A DNA stretch of 64,000 bases, from the NCBI GenBank assembly GCA_951406725.2, contig OX597818.1, positions 81,096,001-81,160,000 of the forward strand, in the 5' to 3' direction. Within the stretch, counting starts at the first letter, position 1, and the number at the start of each line of letters is the position of its first letter. The notes below the pieces were generated by a model that was given only the letters and a program-made list of their open reading frames with translations, did no database searches and was not told where the DNA came from. The position numbers and the translations under genes were made by a program. This document shows positions 27,330-41,879 of this stretch, piece by piece. Origin of the DNA: Octopus vulgaris. Taxonomy: Eukaryota.

Positions 27330-27815
27330 GGAGGTGAAGAGGGAACGAAGGTAGCGAGAGAAATGGTTGAGGGTATCAAGTACGTTGGAGCTAGGAGGGG
27401 TTGAGGGCATTGAGTGCATAGTGCGAAAAAGAATGAGGCCGTCGAGAGCGTTAGAAGAAGGAGAGGATGAGGGTAATGAGCACAAAAGAAGGAAGAAGAG
27501 TTGAGAACAATCTGCATTGGATGGAGAAGAGGACTTGAGGGCATGGAATGCATAGGAGGGAGAGAGGTTAGGGTTAGTGACAGCAATGGAAGGAAAAGGG
27601 GCTGAGATCATCTAGAGCATTAGAGGAAGGAAAGGATGAGGGTATCGAGCACGAAAGAAGGAAGAGGAGTTGAGGGCATCGACTGCATAGGAAGGAGAAG
27701 GGGATGAGGACATCGGGCGCTTGGGAGAGAGAAAGGGTTTGAGGCTAGTGAATTTATGGGAGGAAGAAGAGGATGGGGGCATCGAGTACATTAGAGGGAA
27801 GAGAGGATGAGGTCC
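27330..27815. repeat. Purine-rich degenerate ~33-bp minisatellite (gagggcatcgagtgcataggaggaagag-like)
   Basis: Recurrent gagggcat/gaggg tatcgag units; may belong to a LINE ORF1 end because MATLLQANWQG follows on the minus strand. Confidence 0.55.
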
Positions 27816-28679
27816 ACGATAGCCTTACCAAAATTAAGATCCAAATACCAGAACAAACACCGAAGATACACCTCAGATGCACACTTCTAAGTTTGGGGCC
27901 AGTTTTCCATGTACACTATCCGTTGCAATATATCTTAGTGCTCGAGTTTTCACATATCCAAACTAGCCCTTGCTAACTTTGCTACCAAGTGTTCCATTGT
28001 CAGGGCCAGTAACGTCCACCATGAATTATACAACACTGTAAAGTAACATTAAGTTACTGTATAACTCATTTAACAACTGAAGTGTTGCACATTCTCTTTT
28101 TGGTGGTTTCTCTTTTTTTTTTGTTGTGTGGGATATATTTTGTAATGTGCTTCTTGAATTTGTGTATTACGGAATTCTGAAATCATGCTGAGCTTTTATA
28201 ATCAGATCATTGAATACTTTTAACATTGTAATTTGTATTTTGCTTTTGTTTTTGATACTCATCTTTAGCCTCCGTGTTTATGTCATATGAACCTCGTATC
28301 TCTCTAGTCACTTGCATTGTCATATTGTATTACTCAATATTACTCAATATCAAATTGTGGATCTGCTGTATATTCCCAAACCTGGTCTACCTGTTACAGT
28401 GGCGTTATGTTACAGTGGCGTAGTCCTTACTAAATAAAGATTTGATATTACAGGGTTTCCACTTCAAATTCGTCATTATTAATGACAGTAGCGTTAACGT
28501 CAACATCAAATTCGTCATCGTCAGTCTCAAGTTCGTTATCACTAGTCTCGATTATGTTGTCGTCTATCTCGTTTTCATCACCGTCAACTTAAGCATCGTC
28601 GCTGTAGGATGGAAGTAAAGGCACGTAGCCTAGTGGATGAGGTGTTGCACTCACGATCACAAGAGCGTGCATTCGATTG

Positions 28680-29038
<359 letters not shown>

Positions 29039-30502
29039 AATTTTTTTCTGTTACAAAACAAGCAACGCATTATCGCGTGTTACATTACCACTAACAGGCA
29101 CTTAGTACATTAGATGTAAAACTGCATACTGTGCTACACACAACATGACAAAGACAAAAATAATATCAGTTTAACCTTTTATTCATTATTCCCATTTCTT
29201 AACCCTCTTAACATATTCCTAAAATATCCATCACAGTCATATTCGTTAATCAGAGTCAGCCCGGTATCGACCAGTATTACGTGTGTAAGTATGTAAATAT
29301 TGATTTTAAATTTTGGCACAAGGCCAGAAACATCGATTTCTGTGTTCAACTGGTATTTATTTTATCTCCCGAAAGGATAAAAGGCAATGTCGACCTTGGC
29401 GGAATTTGAACTCAGATAGACGAAATGTCGCTAGCAATTTTGCCCGACATACTAACGATTCTACCAGATTGACGTTTTATGTACTTGTATATTAATCTGA
29501 TTTATTTTAATGCTTACATTCTTTTGCAACTAACCACTGATGTCAATGCCTCTTCATAAAAGAGCTTGCTTCATTTTACTATAATGTCATTTAAGTTGAC
29601 AGTAACAAAATAAAAGTTGACGATGACGAAAACAAATTTGACGATAATAAATTTTGAAATTGACGATAATGAATTTGATGTTGATATCGAAGAATTTGAG
29701 GCTGATATCGACGAATTTGAGGTTGGTGTTGACAACATGGAAGTCGATAATGTCGAATTTGAGAGAGGTAGGGTGGGTGCTGTAAATTTGGAACATACTA
29801 ATTTGGAACAGTGAAAATATCTCCTGCGTCGCATTGAATATTAAATATTAAAACTGCGTACAATCGAACTGTGTTGCGTGTTTCTGGCAATGATGTTTTT
29901 AAAAAACACCCTTTGTTTTGATTTCGGCATTGTTGCTAGTATTCTACTTTTTTCCTCTCTCCTTTCACAACTCATTTCATCACGTTAGTTAAAGGCAAAT
30001 ATCATAGTTCATACTTTCATCTTCCCACTACTTAAGTTTATTTCCACACTGACAGCTCTAGTATTTCTTATTTCTAAGAACTGAGTTAAAATTGACAACC
30101 CAATCTTTCTTTACATCCTCTTTTTCTCCCCCTCTCTCTCTTCTCCCACATACTCACATGTACTTATAGTTTAAGTGCCTTGTTTGATGAACATAATATA
30201 GAATAATTTCTGTGCGGGTGACGCCCACTGAAGCAGAAAAATGTCTTCATATCTTCAGACAATTGAGGTTATCTCTCCTTTCCGTTTGCAATTGGTAGCA
30301 ATTGCTCCACATCCCAAGCGATTGGTTTTCCCTTCTCTGGAAACGTGGATAATGCCAATTTATCCAGAATTTATCTTATACGTTATATAATATACCCTTA
30401 TTCGTCTATTTCGTTTTATCCATCCATCCATCCATACATACACACGAACATATACGTATGTATATATGCATACGCACATATATTTGTTTATATGTACAAA
30501 TA

Positions 30503-30599
<97 letters not shown>

Positions 30600-30731
30600 A
30601 TGTGTATTTATAAAAAATAAGCCTTTTGGGGCTAGAAATAAAGCGGAAAAACGTGAAATTCTTCGAGCAGGCATGTATCTTAAGTGGAATCTGTGACGAC
30701 CCCGAATGACGTTGATAACCTGGAGTCGCCT

Positions 30732-30775
<44 letters not shown>

Positions 30776-30902
30776 CATGTGTATATATAAGATGTATGTA
30801 CATACATATACAACATACATGCATACATACATACACACACACACACACATATGCTTCTGGCATAATGGATGTCCACTTATAGGTCATCCCTCTTATATAT
30901 GC

Positions 30903-30941
<39 letters not shown>

Positions 30942-30943
30942 TA

Positions 30944-31148
30944 GCCCCAAAAGTAGGTTTACAGTTATCACGTAGGCACTTTAAATTTCTTTTAAAACGT
31001 TTTATTACATCTAAATATTTTTCTTACAATTAACTAAATTAGCATAGAGTAATGGTTTCATATTTTTTATAATTAAGATCTAAACTTAATATATGAATGC
31101 GAAAGAGATAGTTGAATAAATTTAATCCTACTTTTGGGCCATCCTGTA
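30944..31148. mobile_element. Tc1/mariner-type MITE (decayed)
   Basis: cccaaaagtagg at the left and cctacttttgggccatcctgta at the right. Confidence 0.6.
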
Positions 31149-31753
31149 CACACACACACACCACACATATACATGCATGCACACACATAAACGCTCATCG
31201 GCATAGGCACCATACTGAGTTTATGCATATGATTTAGTTCACTTTGTTGCTATGTGATCGGTGATCGATCTAGTTGCTTGGCATCATAGGCAAATGTTAT
31301 TTTTTTGTCCTCGGGTCGACCCTTACCTTGTGAATATAACTAGATAAAGGGAAACTATGCAGAAGCCGCTGGGCGGATTGTGCCGATAATTCAAAAGGTA
31401 CAACCATGTCACACACTGTAAGGTTAATTTCGTTGAAGATTTACTTTAAGGGCATACATGCTTGTGGAATACTCTGCCATTTACGTCTTAATATAGAAGC
31501 ATGTAATAAAAGTAGATGGAACAACAGAATGCTCATCGTCGAACAACGGAGATCCACCATGTACATAAACAGCTCAAACATAATATTTGAGGAGTTTGTT
31601 TTGAAACTAGTAGCCATTATGAAATATAGCCCTCTAGATGTAATCTAACGCCTAGATTAAATATTATCAAATATTATCTATTAATTTTAACTAAATTTGA
31701 CAAGTTCAGTAGAACGAAACGAATTGCAATTTGTCACGAATCATTAATGCAAG

Positions 31754-31785
<32 letters not shown>

Positions 31786-31993
31786 CATATATATATATAT
31801 ATACATACATACATATGTATATATATATATGCATATATATATATATGCATGTATATGTATTTATATGTGTGTATATACACATATATACACACTCATCTAT
31901 ATATCTATATATGTATAAGTATATGTACATATATATATGTATGTGTGTATGTGTATGTATGCGTGTGTGTGTGTGTGCTTGTGCGTGCTTGTG

Positions 31994-32025
<32 letters not shown>

Positions 32026-32129
32026 AGCGCACACGCATATATAAGTACACTATTACACTCAAACACTCACATGCACTAATATATATATACATCGAACTCT
32101 CATTTCCTGAAAAAGAAAGAACTTTTAGA

Positions 32130-32136
32130 AGATGAC

Positions 32137-32212
<76 letters not shown>

Positions 32213-32265
32213 AAGAAGGAAGAGAAAGAAGAGGTGAGGGAAGACGACAGCCGAACGAGGTCGAA

Positions 32266-32330
<65 letters not shown>

Positions 32331-32343
32331 CACCACCACCACC

Positions 32344-32410
<67 letters not shown>
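32130..32410. repeat. (GAT)n, (CTA)n and (CCA)n microsatellites
   Basis: Direct inspection. Confidence 0.95.
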
Positions 32411-32422
32411 TAAGTAGTAGTA

Positions 32423-32543
32423 AGGCGGCGAGCTGGTAGAATGGTTAGCACGCCGGGTGAAATGCTTAGCGGTATTTCGTCTGTCTTTACGTTCTGAGTT
32501 CAAATTCTGCCGAAGTCGACTTTGCCTTTCATCCTTTCGGGGT
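32423..32543 (+). mobile_element. SINE family B, 5' part
   Basis: ggcggcgagctggtagaatggttagcacgccggg...ctttcatcctttcgggg. Confidence 0.85.
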
Positions 32544-32777
32544 GTAGTAATCGTCGTCATAGTAGTAAGAGTAGAGATAGTAGTAGAGTAGCAGTTTGTA
32601 GTAGTAGTAGTAGTAGTAGTAGTAGTATCTGTATTAGTGACTGTAGTAGTTGTTGTTGTTGAAGTAGTTGTAGTAGTTATAGTAGCGGTAGTAGTAGTCA
32701 CACCAGCAATAGTAATTGAAGTAGCACTAGGGTGATGATGATGATGAGCAATAGCAGAAGCAAATACATACACAGTT

Positions 32778-32837
<60 letters not shown>

Positions 32838-32938
32838 GTAGTATTAGTAGTATTAGTATTAGTATTAGTAGTAGTAGTAGTAGTAGTAGTTGAAGTATTA
32901 GTATGGATGGTGGTGGTGATGATGGTAGTAGTAGTAGC

Positions 32939-33062
<124 letters not shown>

Positions 33063-33558
33063 ATTTTAGTTGTAGTGGTAGTAGTGGTAGTTATCGCTGT
33101 TAGTTTTTATTGTTTTTATCTTCATAACAAAAACGGCACTGGTGGATCTGGCGGACCTGGCGGACCTGTAGGTGGAAAGCATTTGTTTGTGTTAGTATTA
33201 ACTAATAATACTATTGGAAGAAACGATGGCGGCGGTTGTTTGTCGTTAGTTACAGTATAGTAGTAATAGCGGACTTGTTGTCGTTGTTGTTGGCGGTAGC
33301 GGTGGCGGTAGTGGTTGGTGGTTGTGGGAGGCAGTGCTAGTTAGATAGTGATGCTATTACTGAGAACATGGATGAAGAAGGTGGCGTTTGTGTACAAAGT
33401 TAAAATGGCCGACATGTAATGCTGGCTGAATATGTGATGTCCATTTTATATGATAAGACAGCTAGTCAGGAACCTTAATTGCTGCTCTAGCAATGTATTT
33501 TGACATGTTTGCTTCACTGTACATAGATTCCGTGCTTCTTGTATCTCCTCTGTGTCTC

Positions 33559-33593
<35 letters not shown>

Positions 33594-33972
33594 CTCTCTC
33601 TCGTTCGTTCGCTCGTTCTGGACTGTTATGTTATGTGTGATGTGAAGTGTCTGCATGGACTGGACTTCCTGCTTGGTTATCTGTGGTTCTGCCAACTTTC
33701 TTCTGTCGGTGTTCTTTAATGACTCGGCAAACACCATAACTTTTTTTTCGTGTATAAGTGTGTATTGATACGTGTGTATGCGTGAGTGTGTGTGCGTGAG
33801 TGCATGCGTGTATGTAGGCGTAAGTGTGTGTTTGTGTGCGTGTGTATGTCTGCGTCTGCGTATGTGTGAGCTTTGTGCGTATGTGTATCTTTCAATAACT
33901 ATACACATATAGATATATGTGTGAGCATAAAATAGATTTATAATATTCTATATACCTATGCACGTACATACA

Positions 33973-34026
<54 letters not shown>

Positions 34027-34029
34027 TAT

Positions 34030-34079
<50 letters not shown>

Positions 34080-34707
34080 ATACACATATATATATATATA
34101 AGTATATATAAATATATATATGTATATATATATGCATGTATATATATATGAATGTATATGTATATATATGTATATATATATATATATATATATAAATATA
34201 CATAAATATATATGTATATATATATGCATACATATATATATATATATGCGTATATGTGTGTGCGTGCGTGTGGGTATAGTTGTGTGCGCGCACGGATGTG
34301 TGTGTAAGTGTTTGTCTTTCAATGCATTTATCCATACACACTCACACACATACACACGTACACGCACACATACATTTATGTAACTGTGCGTATATATGAA
34401 TGTGTGTGCGTGTCTGTGTATGTGTGATTGCATGTGTATATTTGTATGTGTAAATGAATATGTACAATGCACCTGCGTATTCATTATCATATTATGTCTG
34501 TGATCGCACGTCTGTGTGTGTGTGTGTGTGCGTGTGTGCACAAATATACAAGCTGGTGTGTGTATGGATGTCTGTAGCAACTTACTAACTGAACTCACGC
34601 GAAAATGCAATTTACACACACACATACAGAAAAAACATACACACACATTGTATTCGTCTGTCTCCACATGCGTATGTTTTTATGTAAATACATAAAAATG
34701 TTCATAA

Positions 34708-34833
34708 AATACATACATACATACATACATGCATACATACGTGCATACATACATACATACATACATACATGCATGCATACATACATACATACATACATAC
34801 ATACATACATACATACATACATACATACATACA

Positions 34834-34865
<32 letters not shown>

Positions 34866-35222
34866 CATACATACATACATACACACATACATACATACAT
34901 ACATACATGCATATATACATACATACATGCATATATACATACATGCATACATACATACATACATACATACATGCATACACACATACATACAGACATACAT
35001 ACATAGATACATACAAACATACATACATACATACATACATACATACATACATGCATGCATACATACATACATACATACATACATACATACATACATACAT
35101 ACATGCATACACACATACATACATACAGACATACATACATACATACAAACATACATATATACATACATGCATGCCTACATACATACATGCATACATACAT
35201 ACATACATACATACATGCATAC
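34708..35222. repeat. Long (CATA)n microsatellite with higher-order variants
   Basis: Direct inspection; source of the MYVC/HTYI ORFs. Confidence 0.95.
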
Positions 35223-35814
35223 ACACACAAATACCCTGTTGTTGAAGCTGAAATTCCTATGAAGGAGCCTTGGATCTAGGTTAGAAGCCGGCTTTCCCTA
35301 TTGGCAAGAAATCTTGAAATATAACTGAACAATGGCATACATACATACATATGCACATACGTGTATATATATATATATATAAATATACACAGACTGTATA
35401 AATATATATGAGTGTGTGTGTATGCGTGTGAGTGTTTGTGTGTGTGTGTGTGTGTGTGTAAATATGAGTGTGCGAGTATCTGTGTATGCGTGTGTCTATG
35501 TGTGCTTGTAATTGATTTGCACTGCTACAGACACTACTGTTACATACATACACGCATACACACACAGATTGCATCACATCGTAAGTCCATGAATTCACGT
35601 TTTCGTTTTCCATGCTTATGCACATATACAAATACACACTTGCATTTGCACACACGCTTGCACACATACATGCTTGCACATATACACACATATATTATGC
35701 ATATACACACATGCATACATGTATACATATATAAATATAAATATATATATATATATTTATGTATAAATATATATATGTATTTATGTATAAATATATATAT
35801 ATATATATTTCATA

Positions 35815-36185
35815 GGCGCAGGAGTGGCTGTTTGGTAAGTAACTTGCTTACCAACCACATGATTCTGGGTTCAGTCCCACTGCGTGGAACCTTGGACAAA
35901 GCCTTGTGATTGGATTTGGTAGACGGAAACTGAAAGAAGCCTGTCGTATATATATATATGTATGTGTGTGTATGTGTTTGTGTGTCTGTGTCCCCCCCCC
36001 CAACATCGCTTGACAACTAATGCTGGTGTGTTTGCGTCCACGTAACTTAGCGGTTCGGCAAAAGAGACCGATAGAATAAGTACTAGGCTAACAAAGAATA
36101 AGTCCCGTGGTCGATTTGCTCCACTAAAGGCGGTGCTCCAGGATAGCCGCAGTCAAATGACTGAAACAAGTAAAAGAATAAAAGG
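35815..36185 (+). mobile_element. tRNA-derived SINE, family A, near full length (reference copy)
   Basis: A box tggctgtttgg and B box gggttcagtcc, central (TA)/(TG) microsatellite, 3' block ...gactgaaacaagtaaaag; more than 12 related copies in the window. Confidence 0.92.
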
Positions 36186-36244
36186 TTAATGCAAGGAAAT
36201 TTCACCGCAAGGAAAGTTTATGGAGAGATAAGTTCACAGCAAGA

Positions 36245-36320
<76 letters not shown>

Positions 36321-36364
36321 TATAATAATAATAATAATAATAATGATAACAATAATAATAATAA

Positions 36365-36918
36365 TGCCCTGATGCAGTACCAGACAGTGGCTCTCATGGC
36401 TTCTGATCTTAACTGATTGGAAGTGTTATCATGTACATTGTTCTGTCTTGATATAAAAGATGGGCTACAGCAAATATTCTGCTCAATACCACAGATTTGC
36501 TTGTCAGTTGTTTGACCTTAACCAGTTGAGCATTCCCTTAGTGGCTGACGATATGTGCATCTCTGATCACGAGCAGAAGTAGTGGGGGAGCATCATAGCC
36601 ATGTGTTGAGAGGGATTCTTTAGGGTTTGAATAATTCACCTCTGGAGACATGGGTGGTTTTTTCAACATCCTTAAACAACCCTTATTCAGGGACCGTTTG
36701 AGCGGGATGGGCTACTCGACCTGAAGAAAATTCTAACTGGGCCCCACCTGTAAGGGCATGTGCTGTTTATCTTGATATGAGATCACCATGTCGCGCACAT
36801 ATGGTTGTGATGCATGTGCCTGGTGTGCCTTTATCAGACGGGTAGTCATGATGGGTATACTGGGCTTCGTATATTTTACCCCAGTGTCACTTTGATGGCA
36901 TGAACTGCTCTCTCACTC
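36365..36918. mobile_element. ~550-bp complex insert flanked on both sides by (TAA)n
   Basis: Sharp boundaries inside an (AAT)n tract; no ORF; family not identified. Confidence 0.5.
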
Positions 36919-37029
36919 AATAATAATAATAGTAATAATAATAAACCCACCTCATTTCCTAACAGTAATCTGATGGCAGTAAAGTGTCCTGTGATGAATT
37001 GATGGCAGTGAACTTACATGTAATCTCAC

Positions 37030-37200
37030 GTAATAGCAGGATCCGGATCCGGTGACACTCTTGATTTCTGTGTGGCCTTTTTCTCTTTAGTTTCTCTGAG
37101 CATATCTGATTCTTGAGTACTGTATTCCAGACTGCTGTACACTACGCCACATCGAGTGATCTTGAGCAAGATGTTCCCAAAATGGCACGAACAAGCGATT
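37030..37200 (-). mobile_element. RTE-clade LINE C-terminal fragment
   Basis: WEHLAQDHSMWRSVQQSG fits the WE..A.DR..WR motif of RTE ORFs. Confidence 0.65.
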
Positions 37201-37534
37201 TCTTGTGATCAGATATGTATTATGGCAAATTCTAATTGAAACCGACACACGCAAAATCCTTCCCACATAAGGGTACACTCTAACGCGTATATATTTTAAT
37301 GTTAAAATACCATAATAAAAAACGTGAAAATCAGAACATGTTTTAACTTTATTCAACTGATATATATATTGCTGGTGATTTTTCCCTCCACCTTCCTTTT
37401 CTCTGTCTCCTGAGGAAGAACTTTGCCCGAAACATAAAATAACCATTCTTTTCCTGAGCGTCTTTTAATACTTTGCATGTACCACGTCCTTGAGTTGTTG
37501 TTTTTTCTTGTTGTGCCTTTTCGAGATATATATG

Positions 37535-37859
37535 CAGAATAATGCACGACGAATAGGATATTATCCTTATATTGTCAGCGGCCAGCCATGAGACTCGAAC
37601 TCACATCTCTGTGATTACCGGTCAAGTGCTTTACCATTAAGCTAAAGTGCCCACTCACAAATATATCTAAAGAAAGTTTGCTTTGTAGGAAATGTTGACA
37701 TGTATTGAAATATACAGATATGGAGATAATTTATTCTCAAGCGCAGAATAATGCATGAACAGCGTAAATAGGATATTATCCTTATATTGCAGAAAAATCT
37801 GTCAGCGGCCAGCCATAAGACTCGAACTCACATCTCTGTGATTACCGGTCAAGTGCTTT
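37535..37859 (-). repeat. Partial tandem duplication (~227-bp spacing) of a tRNA-like head
   Basis: gggcactt TAGCTTAATGG taaagcacttgacc ggt aatcacagagatgtg AGTTCGAGTC tcatggctggcc at 37580-37652; truncated second copy at 37807-37859. Confidence 0.7.
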
Positions 37860-38278
37860 TTTATATTAGAAATTTTCGTCAACTGACGTAAGATATGTAG
37901 TATGTGTGTTCAGTTTGGTTTACCACCAAAACTCTGGCTTGAACTGCAACTGGTGGTGGTGAGACTGCTTATCGAACGCGGCTAGAAGTGGTTTCTCCTT
38001 GAGCTGGTGGATATATATTAAAGTTTAAAAAAGATGGAAAAGCAAATCGTTCAGCATCCCTATTTCTTCCCATGGATTATCATCAAACACTCTCATTTGG
38101 ACCTTACCTATAATTTATTTATTTTTTCCATCATGGAGCTGCGTAACAAATTTCTATTTCACTCGTAACAAATTTCTATTTCCTTTCATTTTTGACAAAT
38201 TGCAATGTACTAATATCCTTTATTTGGGGGTATTTCTTCATTTTTATAATTTTCTGAAGTCATTCTCACTTAGCTTAT

Positions 38279-38567
38279 TTTTGTTTGTTCCTTCTCGAGC
38301 CATGCTTGGCTCATAAGGGCCGGTTTCTCGGTTGCCCACCTGGACGGGAGGCCGGTCCGTCGCAGGTGTGCTGCAAGATGCAGGAGGAAAGAGTGAGAGA
38401 AAGTTGTGGCGAAAGAGTCAGAAGGAGTTGGCCAATACCTTCTGCCGGATCCGCGTGGAGCTTTGGTGCTTCGCTCATAAACACACACATCGCCCGGTCT
38501 GAGATTCGAACCTGCAATCCCTCAACCGCGAGTCCGCTGCTCTAGCCACTAGGCCATGTGCCTCTAC
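38279..38567 (-). mobile_element. tRNA-derived SINE, family C
   Basis: Close match to 59600-59901. Confidence 0.9.
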
Positions 38568-38569
38568 AA

Positions 38570-38824
38570 ATAAATGCGCCCTTTTTAAAGCCTAGCCAGG
38601 CTCATGGGCCCGGTTTCCCAGTTTCAATGGCGTATGTGTTCCCCAGCTGGATAGGATGCCAGTCAATTGCAGCGTTACTCATTTTTGCCAGCTGAGTGGA
38701 CTGGAGCAACGTGAAATGAAGTGTTTTGACCAAGAACACAACGCGTCGCCCGGTCCAGAAATCGAAACCACAATCTTACGATCATGATGCTGACACCCTA
38801 ACCACAAAGCCACGCGCCTCCACT
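38570..38824 (-). mobile_element. tRNA-derived SINE, family D
   Basis: Close match to 52767-53020 and 49545-49800. Confidence 0.9.
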
Positions 38825-39003
38825 CTTAGCTTATGAATTCCTTACTCAATATTATGATCCATATACTAGGCTATTCGAGAAACAACTGTAAGAGAATCTA
38901 TCTATTTATATTCTCCAACTAAATTATATACTTTTTCGAGTGATGTCAAACGTTTTGCTCTTTCCCTTTTTATTTTAAGCTCTGTACACACACACACGCA
39001 CGC

Positions 39004-39092
<89 letters not shown>

Positions 39093-39182
39093 TAACAATT
39101 CACTACAGCAATAGAAACCCATGTTGATATGTGTGTGTGTGTGTGTTTGTGTGTATGTGTGTGTGTGTGTGTGTGCGTGCAC

Positions 39183-39440
39183 ATACGACAGGCTTCTTTC
39201 AGTTTACATCTACCAAATCCACTCACAAGGTCTTGGTCAGTCTGAGGCTATAGTAGAAGACATTTGCCCGAGGTGCCACGTAGTGGGACTGAACTCGGAA
39301 CCATGTGGTTGAGAAGCAAGTTTCTTACCACACAGCCACGTCTGCGCCCATATATGTATGTATTTAAGTATTTAAGTATGTATGTATGTATGTATGTATG
39401 TATGTATGTATGTATGTATGTATGTATGTATGTATGTATG

Positions 39441-39498
<58 letters not shown>

Positions 39499-39663
39499 CC
39501 TCTTTTATCTTTTACATGCTTCAGTCACCAGACTGCAGCCATGCTTGAGTGCTGCCTTCAAGAACTTTTAGTCGAATGAATTGACCTCAGTACTTATTTC
39601 TTTTACTTATTCTATCGCTCTCTTTTGGCAAACCGCCAAGTTACGGGGATGTAAACACACCAG
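39183..39663 (-). mobile_element. Two SINE family A halves separated by microsatellite
   Basis: 5' half at 39183-39350 and 3' half at 39500-39663. Confidence 0.8.
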
Positions 39664-40055
39664 TACATTAAATTAATATATATGTAGATTACATATTTAT
39701 TATTCTTTATCATAAATTAGATTAATGAATATGTAGATTACATATTATTCTTTATCATAAATAGTAGCAATAGTGATTTCGAAGTTTCGGCCTGATTAGC
39801 CTTCGTCGGACAGTCTAATGAAGATAACGCAGGTCGAAACTTCGCAGTCACAGTCAACATTCTTTTTGTTAAAGAATAATATATATATTACATAATACAT
39901 AATATGTTTGCATATGTATATATATATACATGTATATATGTATGTCTCTATGTATATGTATAAATATAGATTTATACAAGCATTTCTATATATACATGTG
40001 TATATGTCTATACAAACACACTCACATACACAAACACATACACTATGTGGTTATA

Positions 40056-40114
<59 letters not shown>

Positions 40115-40148
40115 ATGTGACTGTATGTGTATATACATACATATGTAT

Positions 40149-40184
<36 letters not shown>

Positions 40185-40409
40185 GTACAAATGCTCACAT
40201 ATAAATTTCACTGCAGGTGAGAAGAAAAGATGAATGAACACTAAGAGAAAACATTTGATAGAGATAGAGAGAGAGAGAAAGGGAGGGAAAAGGGAGGGAG
40301 GGAGAGAGAGGCAGCTGGAGAGGGACAGAGAGAGAAGATAGAAAGAGACAGAGATACTGGAGGAAATAGAAATATTTTACATACACAAACACAAACACAA
40401 ATACATACA

Positions 40410-40471
<62 letters not shown>

Positions 40472-40930
40472 AAAAGAGAGAGAGAGATGTAGAGAAAATG
40501 GAAGCGATGAAGAACTGTAAAAAAAAAACTAAATGAAAGAGTGAGAGAATACAACAATGCATTGCAATGAAAAGAGACGTCGACCTAACGACAGGAAATC
40601 TCACCGTAATAGATTAAACCGTCTGGATCAAAGAACACCAAAAACTGAGAAAATAACAGAAGAATGGCCAATGCAAGGGCATGTGGAATTGTAGATCAAA
40701 CATTACAAAGACATGAAAATGACAGAAGTGAAAGTGATGTAAGGGAAGTTGAAACTCCTGAGTAAGCAATAGCAAGAAGAACCTGACAGAAGATTCTGTA
40801 ATGCAACGGCAACGACTTTACTTCAAACATGGGAAAAAGATAAAGGGTTGCTGGGGCTGTTTAAAAATAAAAATAAAAAAAACACCAAGAAAAGATAGAA
40901 TATATAGATATACATACATACATACATACA

Positions 40931-40988
<58 letters not shown>

Positions 40989-41350
40989 CATACACAAACA
41001 TATATATACATATATATACATTTATATATGCATATACATTTATAAATATATATGTATATAAATACACACTTACACATTCACTCACACACATACATATACA
41101 AATATATACATATATATGCATACAGATGTCTCTCTCTCTCTCTCTCCCTCTCTCTCTCTCTATATATATATATATCTCCGTGCATGTATATGTATATCTG
41201 TGTATATGTGTGTATATGTGTGTATATGTGTGTATATACATTGCATATTTGCATATATGTATGTATACACATACATACACACATATATAAATTTATATAT
41301 ATATTCCCACCTTTACAGACCTATAAATATGGATATATATATATATACAT

Positions 41351-41414
<64 letters not shown>

Positions 41415-41418
41415 CGAT

Positions 41419-41465
<47 letters not shown>

Positions 41466-41879
41466 CAGAGACATCTATATATACATATGTATTTACGCAT
41501 ATATATACGTGTATATCAAAGAAGGAGAGAGAGAGAAAGAGAGCGAGAGAGAACGAGAGAGAGAAAGAAATAGAGGGAGGAAGGAAGAGAGAGAAACACA
41601 TGCTTGCAAATAAACATAAATAGACAAAATGCATAGATTCAAAACTAGAAAGATTGACAGACAAATAGATGTAAAAACTGAACGATGTAAGGGGTTAGGA
41701 GAGAAAGAGGGAGAGTGCGAGAGATATGGAAGTACATAGATAACAGAGAGACAAATACAGATATAGAATTATCGGTGATGCAGGTATGCTGAACGTAAAT
41801 CGTTCGATTATGTATTATCTCTTAACTATTATCTCGTTGGTGATAAAGGGAGTTCTGGAAAGGATCTCCCCAGCACTAT

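Noticed and set aside
29617-29814. Acidic D/E-rich ORF as a host exon
   Set aside because: Explained by a degenerate 21-bp tandem array that has an inverted counterpart at 28.5 kb.
33892-35279. Numerous 100-240-aa ORFs (MYVC, HTYI, YI repeats), likewise at 16.2, 41, 48.4 and 56 kb
   Set aside because: They are translations of (TA)n, (CA)n and (CATA)n microsatellites.
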